From: Methanolinea sp. | Lineage (GTDB): Archaea; Halobacteriota; Methanomicrobia; Methanomicrobiales; Methanospirillaceae | Length of the DNA: 64,000 bases | Reading direction: 5' to 3' | NCBI GenBank assembly: GCA_018263335.1 | Contig: JADFCY010000002.1 | Span: 36,249 to 100,248 of the forward strand | Part shown: positions 37,966 through 47,114 of the stretch, piece by piece | How the letters are laid out: each line of letters begins with the position of its first letter | Position numbering within the stretch: position 1 is the first letter of the stretch | Program-made: the position numbers and the translations under genes | The notes under the pieces: generated by a model | What the model saw: only the letters and a program-made list of their open reading frames with translations | The model's database searches: none | Told to the model about the DNA's origin: nothing

Positions 37966-38835
37966 TCAAAGGTTATCCCTTATGAGGGACTTAACACGAT
38001 CTTCGAGTCCTTCGACCCTTGTCACATCGCGTATCACGTCTGTTGCATCAACGAGCACGGGTTGAAGGGGAGTCATCCCAAGAAGGGAGAAGAAAGCCCT
38101 GATCACTTCTCTCACACACCTGAAATTTTCATGGCCCTCCCGACCGGCAACGGCCATCAGCAGACCCTTGCGGGAAGGGAAGTCTCCTCCAAGGGTCATT
38201 TCTGCGTGCAGGGCCATAAAACGGTCAAGAAGGGCTTTCAGGCCTGCAGGGACAGTGTTGGTATACACGGGAGAGCAGATGACGAGCAGGCTGCAGCCTG
38301 CGACCGCATCGATGATCCCATTCATATCGTCCCAAAAGACACAGGTCCCGGTGTTGTAGCACTGGTAGCACCCAATGCAGGGATGGATGTCCATGTCGTG
38401 GGGGTATATGACTTCTACTTTCCTCCCTTCACGGCGTGCAGACTCCGCAGCCCACGATGCAAGGATGGCGCTGTTTCCTCCCGCGCGGGGGCTTCCCTGT
38501 ATGATTACAACACCCTTGCCCTTGTCGCGCCCGGCAGGAATTGAAGGTGCAGGGTGTGATCTGCGGAATGCATCGGGATCGGCACGCAACTCCGCTTCCC
38601 AGGATGCCGCCCTCTCCTCTGCCACCTGCCTGGCACTAAACGGCATGGAAGGCGAATATTCATAGGAGTTTGTCCTTGAGAGTGCGAGAACCTCCTGCCC
38701 GGCCTTGGCCTCGATGATATACCGCACCATCCCGGGATAGAAACAGGAAAGATCTTCCTCTCGGACGACGACATGATATGAAGTCCCGCCCGCCTGATCC
38801 CCGGTGTCCCGGACACTCTGTTTGGACTGCTCCAT
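37966..38835 (-). CDS. iron-sulfur flavoprotein (Isf-like NADPH-dependent FMN reductase fold) with a ~115-aa N-terminal extension
   Basis: 289 aa. Flavodoxin-like core from VVIIQGSPRAGGNS. Compact cluster motif CIGCYQCYNTGTC (CX2CX2CX5C). Confidence 0.78.
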   Translation of the reverse strand: MEQSKQSVRDTGDQAGGTSYHVVVREEDLSCFYPGMVRYIIEAKAGQEVLALSRTNSYEYSPSMPFSARQVAEERAASWEAELRADPDAFRRSHPAPSIPAGRDKGKGVVIIQGSPRAGGNSAILASWAAESARREGRKVEVIYPHDMDIHPCIGCYQCYNTGTCVFWDDMNGIIDAVAGCSLLVICSPVYTNTVPAGLKALLDRFMALHAEMTLGGDFPSRKGLLMAVAGREGHENFRCVREVIRAFFSLLGMTPLQPVLVDATDVIRDVTRVEGLEDRVKSLIRDNL

Positions 38836-38926
38836 GAAAGAGAAGTAGGAGTGGCGGGGGATATACGTTCCAGTTCGGAAGTGATACTATTATGGCACCG
38901 CACCGGAAGAATTCTCCTCCGGGAAT

Positions 38927-39580
38927 ATGCGAATGCCGGAGATGCGTGAACAGGAGATAGAAAAACTGACCCGCCTCGCTGCGGGGAGGGGGGCCGAGGC
39001 CCGCGTCATCTCCTCGCGGGACATCATTGTCTCAGACTGGGTCCGGTTCAAGTGCCGTTTCGGGTGCAAGGGGTACGGGAAGCACATGAGCTGCCCTCCT
39101 TATGCACCGGGACCTGAAGAGACGAGGCGGATGGTCAGGGAATACGAGACAGGGCTCCTCCTCAAATTCGAGGGAATCCCAGGGCACAGGGACCTCTCCC
39201 CCGACCAGATTCCAGAAGATTTCCACCCGTTCTTCCGCGATCTCATCCTCTGGGTGAACGGGACCGTCCATTTCCTTGAGAAGACTGCGTTCTATGACGA
39301 TTTTTACAAGGCGTTCGGGTTCGGCGCATACCCGTGCATCTACTGCGAGCACGAGCACTGCGTCGCAGAGGAACATGAGGGGGTCGTTGACGAGAGCATC
39401 AGGAGGAGGTGCCGGCACATGGACCTTGTCAGGCCCAGCATGGAGGCTGCCGGGATGGATGTCTTCGCCACTGCCAGGAACGCAGGCTGGGTACTGCACA
39501 CAGTACCGTGCAGGAATCTCGAATATGGCATGGTGGAGCACGGGAACATCACCTCGATCGGCCTAGTACTGCTGGAATAG
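38927..39580 (+). CDS. DUF2284-type metal-binding protein
   Basis: 217 aa. Signature WVRFKCRFGCKGYGKHMSCPPY and a second Cys/His block (YPCIYCEHEHC). Confidence 0.72.
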   Translation: MRMPEMREQEIEKLTRLAAGRGAEARVISSRDIIVSDWVRFKCRFGCKGYGKHMSCPPYAPGPEETRRMVREYETGLLLKFEGIPGHRDLSPDQIPEDFHPFFRDLILWVNGTVHFLEKTAFYDDFYKAFGFGAYPCIYCEHEHCVAEEHEGVVDESIRRRCRHMDLVRPSMEAAGMDVFATARNAGWVLHTVPCRNLEYGMVEHGNITSIGLVLLE

Positions 39581-39970
39581 AATAACTCTCCCCACTGCGG
39601 GTCCTGTCCATGTGACAGGGCGGATGAGAATCGTGATCCCTCTCTGCATCTGCGAAGAGGCTGCGGGGAGGTATGCGGGATGCAGGTCACATGTGCATGG
39701 TATCCTTCATGAAACGCATACCACCTCCTGCCAGGGTCGCTCCTATGCCGCGCTCGATGCCGCCACAAAATAAATCTCATTTATATTGCGTTTTTTTATT
39801 GATGTGAGGGGAAAATATAAATACATTGAATAGACATAGTAAACCGCACCTTCTGCCTTCCCCTGGCCCTCATCCCTGCAGGCAATAACTTTTACTGGTC
39901 ATATCCTGCAGCGGAACTTCGCCATCACAGGGCCGAACCCGGGAAGGCAGGATCCCGCAGGAGCTGCCCG

Positions 39971-41146
39971 ATGAAGAACCCCAGGTACATCACTTCAATC
40001 GAAGATCTCCCGGGTATCCCGGGAGAAGAGAAGAAGAGACTCGCGGAGGTCACAAAGAAATTCGCCTTCCGCACCAACGAATATTACGCATCACTGATAG
40101 ACTGGAACGACCCAGAGGACCCAATCAGGAAAATCATCATACCCGATCCCCGCGAGCTCGAGGAATGGGGAGCCCTTGACCCGTCGAATGAGAAGGATTA
40201 TACTGTCGCGCCGGGTGTCCAGCACAAATACCGGGAGACTGCACTCTTCCTCACCCTCGACGTGTGCGGGGGATTCTGCCGGTTCTGCTTCAGGAAGAGG
40301 CTCTTCATGAAAAGGGCAGACGAGATAGCGCATGACCTCTCCGCAGGCATCGACTACGTCCGCCAGCACCCCGAGATCACGAATGTCCTCCTCACAGGGG
40401 GTGATTCCCTGCTTCTTGCCACGCGCAGGCTTGAGCGAATCATCTCGCAGATACGCGAGATCGATCACGTCCAGATCATCCGCATCGGAAGCAAGATGGC
40501 TGCGTTCAACCCTTATCGTATCCTCAACGACCCTGACCTTCCGAGGCTTATCAAGACCTACAGCACCCCCGAGAAGAAGATATACCTGATGGCACACTTC
40601 AATCATCCGAGGGAACTCACTCCGCAGGCAATCGATGCCCTGGAAGTCCTCCGCGATGCGGGCGCGATAGTCGTGAACCAGACTCCGCTTCTCCGGGGGA
40701 TCAACAGTGACCCCGCGCAACTTACAGAACTCTTCAAAAAGCTCTCCTTCATCGGGGTCCCGCCCTACTATGTCTTCCAGTGCCGTCCCACAATCGGCAA
40801 CTCCCTTTTCGGGATGCCTGTCGAGGAGTCATACCTCGTATTCGAGAAGGCCAGGGCGTCCTGCTCGGGCCTTGCGAAACGGGCGAGATTCGTGATTTCA
40901 CACGCCTCAGGCAAGATCGAGGTTGTCGGAAAGACGGACACTGCAACGTACTTCAAGTATCACCAGGCTGCCGATCCCCGCGATATAGGCAGGTTCCTTG
41001 CCTTCAAAAGCAACCCCGAGGCATTCTGGTTCGATGACTACACTGATCTCCTGGAGGACTCGCGGGTCTTTTCCGACGAGGATGAACAATTTCCGGCCTT
41101 TCCCTCCGGCCGGCAGATCCCAAACGACACACAGGCTGCAGGATGA
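39971..41146 (+). CDS. KamA-family radical SAM / PLP aminomutase-like protein (substrate unknown)
   Basis: 391 aa. Radical SAM CGGFCRFC (C99/C103/C106), TGGDSLLL, AHFNHPRELT, NQTPLLRGIN, PPYYVFQCR, and a putative PLP lysine in HASGK. Confidence 0.88.
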   Translation: MKNPRYITSIEDLPGIPGEEKKRLAEVTKKFAFRTNEYYASLIDWNDPEDPIRKIIIPDPRELEEWGALDPSNEKDYTVAPGVQHKYRETALFLTLDVCGGFCRFCFRKRLFMKRADEIAHDLSAGIDYVRQHPEITNVLLTGGDSLLLATRRLERIISQIREIDHVQIIRIGSKMAAFNPYRILNDPDLPRLIKTYSTPEKKIYLMAHFNHPRELTPQAIDALEVLRDAGAIVVNQTPLLRGINSDPAQLTELFKKLSFIGVPPYYVFQCRPTIGNSLFGMPVEESYLVFEKARASCSGLAKRARFVISHASGKIEVVGKTDTATYFKYHQAADPRDIGRFLAFKSNPEAFWFDDYTDLLEDSRVFSDEDEQFPAFPSGRQIPNDTQAAG

Positions 41147-41238
41147 ACTGATTCCCCACACTGAATGGGGCAACCAGAACGGGTATAGGGGAGCCGGATA
41201 CCCCAAGACTCCCCGGATTACGCCACACGGTCCATTCT

Positions 41239-41991
41239 CTATCCTCTCTTCGCCATGGGGGCAGGGTGCCCGACCGGCATCAGGGAGAGGGGATCCTCCC
41301 CGTCGGCAAGGTACAGGACCTGCCGGATCTGGTCATCTGAGAACGCCCCGATTGCGACGGTCCCGAGTCGGAGTGCCTCTGCCTGGAGGTAGATGTTCTG
41401 GCTGGCATGGCCTGCCTCCATCCATACGTACCGTATGCCACGTTCTCCGTATTTCCCTGTGGTGCGTGAGCAGACTCCCGTAATCGCGATGGTGGCAGGA
41501 GCCTCGCGGAGGGCCGACTGGTTCAGCCCTGCAATCGCGATCTCATTGCGCATATCGCCCCGGCGGATCATTCGTAACTCGTGAGCCGCCGGAACGTAAC
41601 GGTATACGCCGGGTGCAAGCCCTTCCACGTTTCCGGCCACGAGCAGCACCTCGAGCGGGTAGAGGGCCCCTGCCGACGGTGCAGTTCGGAGCCCTGACAT
41701 CCCCATAACACCCTGCGCAGCCCAGAGGAGCTGGGAGACATCCCTGAGAGATACGGGGTCTTGCGAGTATTCTTGGACAGAGCGGCGCTGGGAGAGGGCC
41801 TCTTCGAGAGATACCTCCCCTTTCAATGATGGCACAGGGAGCACGGAACCCACCGCTTCCCTGTGGGATGCCCGGGTGTCCACGGGACCGCGCACTGGGA
41901 ACATCACAAACACTGCAAGGCCGAGAACCGCCAGGACTATCCCCGCTGCGGCAATGTATATCCTTTTTCCTGCAGGTGGCATTCTCATCAT
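41239..41991 (-). CDS. membrane-anchored SagB/ThcOx-type nitroreductase-superfamily protein
   Basis: 250 aa. N-terminal TM (IYIAAAGIVLAVLGLAVFVMF), then RRSVQEY, PSAGALYPLE and WMEAGHASQNIYLQA motifs. Confidence 0.78.
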   Translation of the reverse strand: MMRMPPAGKRIYIAAAGIVLAVLGLAVFVMFPVRGPVDTRASHREAVGSVLPVPSLKGEVSLEEALSQRRSVQEYSQDPVSLRDVSQLLWAAQGVMGMSGLRTAPSAGALYPLEVLLVAGNVEGLAPGVYRYVPAAHELRMIRRGDMRNEIAIAGLNQSALREAPATIAITGVCSRTTGKYGERGIRYVWMEAGHASQNIYLQAEALRLGTVAIGAFSDDQIRQVLYLADGEDPLSLMPVGHPAPMAKRG

Positions 41992-42042
41992 GCACTTCTC
42001 TTCGCAAACCCGCCGGATGAATGTTTGCTGATCTCCTGGGGG

Positions 42043-44049
42043 TTAAAAGTTCCATCCGGGAAGGTTCCAGTATGATGCCCACCACAAAAAGAGGAATGCC
42101 GCCGCAGTGACAAGAGTGAATTCGATCCTGTCGCGCATCTCTTCTCCTTTCCTTCTCCAGGCCTGCAGCGTGACGAAGGTTGCGATACCTGCCAGAACGA
42201 GGATTGCCGGAACGAGCAGCAGGACAAGCGGCAATAGGAATGGAACCCCGTACCACGCCGGGTACCACTGGAGGACCGCAAAAAACAGGAGGAAAAAAAG
42301 GATGGAGATCCCGCACAGGCACGCGTACAGGAGGTGCCTGGCAGAGAACACCCGGCGCTTCACATAGCCGGCCGGAAGAAGGATGGCGCCGGCCCAGCAG
42401 AGGAGGACAGAGAGGAAGACACCCTGGCTTGCCACTGCCACGATTCCAAGGAAGTGCGGCGCCTCGTACCATTCCAGTCGCGAATAAGCCGCATCGGGCC
42501 GTTTCGACAGGAACAAATACGCAGGGTTCCCATACGCGTCCCTCCGGAACACCGCTTCGGTCTCTCCCCGGGCGTTTACGAACACCCCCGGGTCTGATTC
42601 GCAGAGTGTTCTTCCCAGGACCAGGATTCCCCCGCCAGGCGAATCACGGACATCTATGAGGTGTCCGCTCTCCCTGGAGAGGCGGAACACCTTTTCGTAT
42701 GTGGTCACGGGGCTCCTCGTTGATACGTAGGTGCCACTGTATCCGGGAGAGTGTCCGCACTTCACGCCAGGAGGATGAATCATGGTGCTTTCGTCTGGAG
42801 GAAAGAACTTGTCTATGAAGGCCTGCATCAATGCGTGGCCTGCAATTGATCCGCCCTCGGCATTATACGCGACAAAGAACCCTGTCCGCTCATCCGGCAC
42901 AAGCAAAAGGAGGCAGTGGGAATAGAGGGTGTCCCCCCCATGCCAGAGGAAATACCGCCCGTTCCGGCGCATCTCCATCAGACCACCGGACCAGCCCTCG
43001 ATGCGGGGATCGGGAGTGAACCGGACTTCAAACAGACGGGCAACGGGTGACCCTTCCCCTGCAACCGTGTCCTGCACGTCCCCCTCTTCAAGGAGGAACA
43101 CCATCAGCCTTCCGATATCCGAGGGGGTTGCACTCAGCGCTCCGGACGGCGCGAGGGTGATGTATTCGAATCCTTGCTTCTTTATCCCATCTCTCGCGAA
43201 CGAATAGCCTGCGGAAAGCCGCTCTTGTAGCTCCCCGGGTGGGGGCTGGAGGAACGTGCTGTTCCACATCCCAAGAGGCCCAAGAATGTGCATCTGCGCG
43301 TAGGTGGCAAACTCCAGCCCCGATACCTCTTCGATCACCCTTGCAGCGAGTGCCGCGCCATGGTTCGAATAGGCGGGTACCTCTCCGGGCGGCCTCACCC
43401 TGGCAGGCATCCCATGCGGGGCCAGGAGATCAGGAACATTGAGATCCTCGCTTTTCAAAGCGAACGTGGCCCATACACGCTCCTCGAACCCTGCGCTATG
43501 AGTCATGAGGTGGCGCATGGTGACCGGCCTTCCCGGGAAACTGTCCGGCAGGGATGTCTTTCCCAGATAGGAGGTGATATCCGCATCGAGGTCTATCTGG
43601 CCTCTCCCGGCACACTGCATCGCTGCAATCCATACGAGGACCTTGGAGACGGACCCGACTCTCACCAGGGTCCTGTCCGGGTCCATCAAAACCCCTTTCT
43701 CAAGGTCTGCATAGCCATACCCTCTTGCAAGGACGACTTCTCCATCTCTCACCACGGTCACTGCCGCTCCAGGGATATGGTGGGCGGCGAGTTGCCCGGG
43801 GATCATGCTGTCAAAGAACTTGAGTGCCTCCCCCTGACCAAAAAGACTCTCGTGACTCGTGGCGCCTGCCGAGGCGGGTCCTGGAAACAGCGTCAGTGCA
43901 AATATGGCGGGAAAACTGACTGAAAGAAGAAGGAAAATGGCGCCCACACATTCGATGGCCCGCATCTCTTTCACATTGGGCAATTTCATGACAGCCATAC
44001 CGCGAATGGTGCCCCGAATCCGGGCGGCCTTTCTTGAGAACCAGTGCAT
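42043..44049 (-). CDS. beta-lactamase-family serine hydrolase with an N-terminal anchor and a C-terminal multi-TM domain
   Basis: ORF 42043..44208; start taken at ATG 44049, downstream of the neighbouring gene's stop. SxxK (VGSVSKV) and YxN (YSNHG) motifs. About 5 hydrophobic helices in the last ~170 aa. Confidence 0.78.
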   Translation of the reverse strand: MHWFSRKAARIRGTIRGMAVMKLPNVKEMRAIECVGAIFLLLSVSFPAIFALTLFPGPASAGATSHESLFGQGEALKFFDSMIPGQLAAHHIPGAAVTVVRDGEVVLARGYGYADLEKGVLMDPDRTLVRVGSVSKVLVWIAAMQCAGRGQIDLDADITSYLGKTSLPDSFPGRPVTMRHLMTHSAGFEERVWATFALKSEDLNVPDLLAPHGMPARVRPPGEVPAYSNHGAALAARVIEEVSGLEFATYAQMHILGPLGMWNSTFLQPPPGELQERLSAGYSFARDGIKKQGFEYITLAPSGALSATPSDIGRLMVFLLEEGDVQDTVAGEGSPVARLFEVRFTPDPRIEGWSGGLMEMRRNGRYFLWHGGDTLYSHCLLLLVPDERTGFFVAYNAEGGSIAGHALMQAFIDKFFPPDESTMIHPPGVKCGHSPGYSGTYVSTRSPVTTYEKVFRLSRESGHLIDVRDSPGGGILVLGRTLCESDPGVFVNARGETEAVFRRDAYGNPAYLFLSKRPDAAYSRLEWYEAPHFLGIVAVASQGVFLSVLLCWAGAILLPAGYVKRRVFSARHLLYACLCGISILFFLLFFAVLQWYPAWYGVPFLLPLVLLLVPAILVLAGIATFVTLQAWRRKGEEMRDRIEFTLVTAAAFLFLWWASYWNLPGWNF

Positions 44050-44131
44050 TTTTCCCTCTGGACTGCGGGGTGGAGGATCGGGTGAACCTGCAGGTATTTT
44101 CGCGGGACAGATCGCCCCGGCCCGCTCACTC

Positions 44132-44731
44132 TCATTTCCCTTTCCTGAAAAAACCCAAAGGGTCCCGCCAGTTGAGAAGTGAGGAGTCGTGTTTCCTTGG
44201 AAAAACACCTTCTTTCACCGATTTTATCTCTTCCACGGTGAAGAAGGCGTTTGGCTGGAACTGTTGTATGAGGTCAAAGACCAGGTGAAGATCCTCCCTC
44301 CTGCTGATCGTCAGGATCACTGTGACCGGGCCGCTCGCCCCCTCCGCATCAATGGTCGTTACGCCGAGGTTCTGACACCTCATGGCCTCCACAAGACCCC
44401 GCGCATCGCGGTTCGTGATGATCCTGATGACGACGTTCCCCAGGGAGAGGCGCTCATCGACGGCCATCCCGATGAAGGTTCCTGCCGCAAACCCTCCCCC
44501 ATACGCGATATACGACGCAACATTCCCGACGTTCTGCATCACCTGGCCGATGGCAAGAAGCCAGATGATCACCTCAAAAAAGCCGATCGCCGGGGCAATG
44601 TACTTGAACCCACGGGCGATGAATATCACGCGGAGCGTGCCGAGGCTCACGTCGCATATCCTCGCCAGGAAGATAAGGAGGGGGAGTATTATCCATGCAT
44701 ACACATCCATTGAGACTGTGAATTCCAGCAC
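44132..44731 (-). CDS. UPF0316/DUF2179-type membrane protein
   Basis: 199 aa. GTG start preceded by GGAGGTGAT. Three N-terminal TM helices (ARICDVSLGTLRVIF) followed by a soluble DUF2179-like domain (GVTTIDAEGASG). Confidence 0.72.
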   Translation of the reverse strand: MLEFTVSMDVYAWIILPLLIFLARICDVSLGTLRVIFIARGFKYIAPAIGFFEVIIWLLAIGQVMQNVGNVASYIAYGGGFAAGTFIGMAVDERLSLGNVVIRIITNRDARGLVEAMRCQNLGVTTIDAEGASGPVTVILTISRREDLHLVFDLIQQFQPNAFFTVEEIKSVKEGVFPRKHDSSLLNWRDPLGFFRKGK

Positions 44732-44902
44732 TGGTCAATCACCTCCGGAAGATGAGCGTGTCCCCTCACTCCCTTACCCTTTTTTGCCCGAGGGGGAATG
44801 CCACCTTTTGCCACATGCCATCACATGCCGATGTATCGTTGAATGCCATTCCTGATAACTCCCGCACGGCAATGTCTGGAGAGAAGGTCGGTGAACAGGG
44901 AA

Positions 44903-46150
44903 TTATACCCAGCCCCTCATCCTCATGGCCTCTACCACCCTTGCGACGGCAATCGAGTACGCTGCCTTTCTGAGTGGTACGTTGTTCTGGACCGCAAGGT
45001 CGTGCACTTCGCGGTAGGCATCCGTCATCTTCTTCTCGAGTTTCCTGTGCACCTTCGCCTCGTCCCACTGGTCCATGTTGAAGTTCTGGACCATCTCGAA
45101 GTATGAGACGATCACACCACCACCGTTCGTGAGGAAATCAGGGAGCACGGCGATACCCCTCTCAAAGAGTATCTCATCGGCATCATTGTCAACCGGCCCG
45201 TTTGCAAACTCCGCCACGATTCCTGCTCGGACCTGCGGAGCGTTCCTGCTGCCGATCACATCCTCGAGGGCCGCCGGCACGAGGATATCGACGGGAAGTT
45301 CGATCAGTTCTTCGTTCGTGATGTGCGTAGCACCCGGGAAATGCTGCAGCGACCCGGTCGCGGTTTTGTGTGCGACGAGCTCGCGCACGGGGAACCCTTC
45401 GGGATTGTAAATCCCGCCATGACTATCGCTCACTGCCACCACCCTGGCGCCGAATACCTCCTGCCCTATGAGTGCGGCATGTGAGCCCACGTTGCCAAAC
45501 CCCTGCACTGCGACACCTGCCCCTGAGATGCTCATGCCGATGTCCCTGGCTGCCTCGCGGACCACGTACCACCCGCCCCTGGCCGTGGCATCGAGCCGCC
45601 CCTCTGATCCACCAAGACCGATTGGTTTTCCCGTGAAAGAACCAAATGTTGTCTTCCCCGCAATCTTCGAGTACTCGTCCATCATCCATGCCATCACCGT
45701 GGGATTCGTGTAGACATCGGGTGCAGGGATATCCCTGTCCGGCCCGAGGTACGGGAACATCACCTGCACGTAGGCGCGGCTCAGCCGTTCGAGTTCATGG
45801 ACCGAGAGCTCCTTTGGGTTGCAGACGACCCCTCCCTTGGCCCCGCCGAGGGGGAGTCTGTGAAGGGAGCACTTCCAGGTCATCAGGGAGGCAAGCCCCC
45901 GGATGGTATCGATGGTCTCCTCGGGGTGGAACCTGATCCCGCCTTTCGTGGGGCCGAGCGCATCGTTGTACTGGACCCGGAATCCCTGGAATGCCCGAAT
46001 CTTTCCATCATCCATCCTGACCGGGATGGAGGCGTGGATCTCCCTCCGCGGCATCTTCAGCACCGCCTCTACGTTCCTGTCCATGACAAGGTCCGTCGCG
46101 CAGGAACAGAGGTGCTTCTTCACCATCTCGAAGAGGTTCTGCTCGGTCAT
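44903..46150 (-). CDS. gdhA: glutamate dehydrogenase
   Basis: 415 aa. Glu/Leu/Phe/Val dehydrogenase signature LPLGGAKGGV and nucleotide motif VQGFGNVG. Confidence 0.93.
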   Translation of the reverse strand: MTEQNLFEMVKKHLCSCATDLVMDRNVEAVLKMPRREIHASIPVRMDDGKIRAFQGFRVQYNDALGPTKGGIRFHPEETIDTIRGLASLMTWKCSLHRLPLGGAKGGVVCNPKELSVHELERLSRAYVQVMFPYLGPDRDIPAPDVYTNPTVMAWMMDEYSKIAGKTTFGSFTGKPIGLGGSEGRLDATARGGWYVVREAARDIGMSISGAGVAVQGFGNVGSHAALIGQEVFGARVVAVSDSHGGIYNPEGFPVRELVAHKTATGSLQHFPGATHITNEELIELPVDILVPAALEDVIGSRNAPQVRAGIVAEFANGPVDNDADEILFERGIAVLPDFLTNGGGVIVSYFEMVQNFNMDQWDEAKVHRKLEKKMTDAYREVHDLAVQNNVPLRKAAYSIAVARVVEAMRMRGWV

Positions 46151-46262
46151 TCTTTCCCCTCTCCGACGAAAGCATTCAGTCCCACAGGGAACTCAGGATC
46201 GCAGCGATACTGCACTGTGCCAACCGGTGTGACCTGACCGTGTGAATCCGGATCCTCATTTT

Positions 46263-47114
46263 TCACGTTCTCTTCTCCAGCACATTCCTGATGATCGTTT
46301 CTCTGTCCGTTTCTGTGCCCCTGGTGGCAGAGAGCCGCTCCTCAAGGGTGGGCCTCTTTGCCCGGTAGATTGTTCCAAGGCCAATGGGGGCATCAGCGTT
46401 GTAATCCCATTCCCTCGCCTTCCGGCAGGCAGCCTCGAAGTCCCCCTCATCGTGGTCGCTGATCTCGTACACCCTTTTTTCGTAATAGTCAGAGAGGTTG
46501 TAGTAGGATGCGCAGACCTGCAGGACATCGATGAAGGCAAAGCCCGGATGATGTACGCCCTCCATGACCGTGCGCTGGAGGAGATCCATCCTCCGCGTGC
46601 ACCCTCTCGCCACGAACGTGGCGCCGGATGCGAGCATGATCGCGAGTGGATTGAAAGGCTCCTCGACAGTCCCCGACGGCGTTGAACGGCCCCTGAACCC
46701 GAGCGGGGATGTCGGGGTGTACTGCCCCGTGGTCAGCCCGTATACCCGGTTGTTGTGGACCAGCAGGGTGATGTCTGCGTTTCGTTTTGCGGCAAAGACC
46801 AGGTGGTCAAGACCCTCGGCATAACAATCTCCGTCACCTGCACACACGATGACCACGAGCTCAGGGTTTGCCATCTTGATCGCGGTTGCAACCGGCAGGG
46901 TGCGCCCGTGGATGGAGTAGAAACTGTTGACGTTGAGATAGTCCGCCATCTTTGCATGGCAGCCTATACCGGATACGAGCACTATCCTGTCACTGTCAAC
47001 TCCCTCTTTGCCGAGGGCTGCAATGGTATTTTTCAGGGCGAACTGGATGACGAAATTGCCGCATCCCGGGCACCAGGTGTTCTGTGCCCCGGTAATCAGG
47101 TTCCTCGCGGTCAT
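46263..47114 (-). CDS. 2-oxoacid:ferredoxin oxidoreductase, beta (TPP-binding) subunit
   Basis: ATG at 47114; the ATGA overlaps the alpha subunit stop. Motifs TWCPGCGNF, GIGC and CAGDGDCYAEG. Confidence 0.9.
   Translation of the reverse strand: MTARNLITGAQNTWCPGCGNFVIQFALKNTIAALGKEGVDSDRIVLVSGIGCHAKMADYLNVNSFYSIHGRTLPVATAIKMANPELVVIVCAGDGDCYAEGLDHLVFAAKRNADITLLVHNNRVYGLTTGQYTPTSPLGFRGRSTPSGTVEEPFNPLAIMLASGATFVARGCTRRMDLLQRTVMEGVHHPGFAFIDVLQVCASYYNLSDYYEKRVYEISDHDEGDFEAACRKAREWDYNADAPIGLGTIYRAKRPTLEERLSATRGTETDRETIIRNVLEKRT

Noticed and set aside
41239-41991. SagB-type dehydrogenase as evidence for a thiazole/oxazole (TOMM) peptide biosynthetic cluster together with the nearby radical SAM gene.
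   Set aside because: No YcaO or cyclodehydratase, no docking protein and no convincing precursor peptide are present. The radical SAM gene is convergent and belongs to the KamA aminomutase family rather than a peptide-modifying class.
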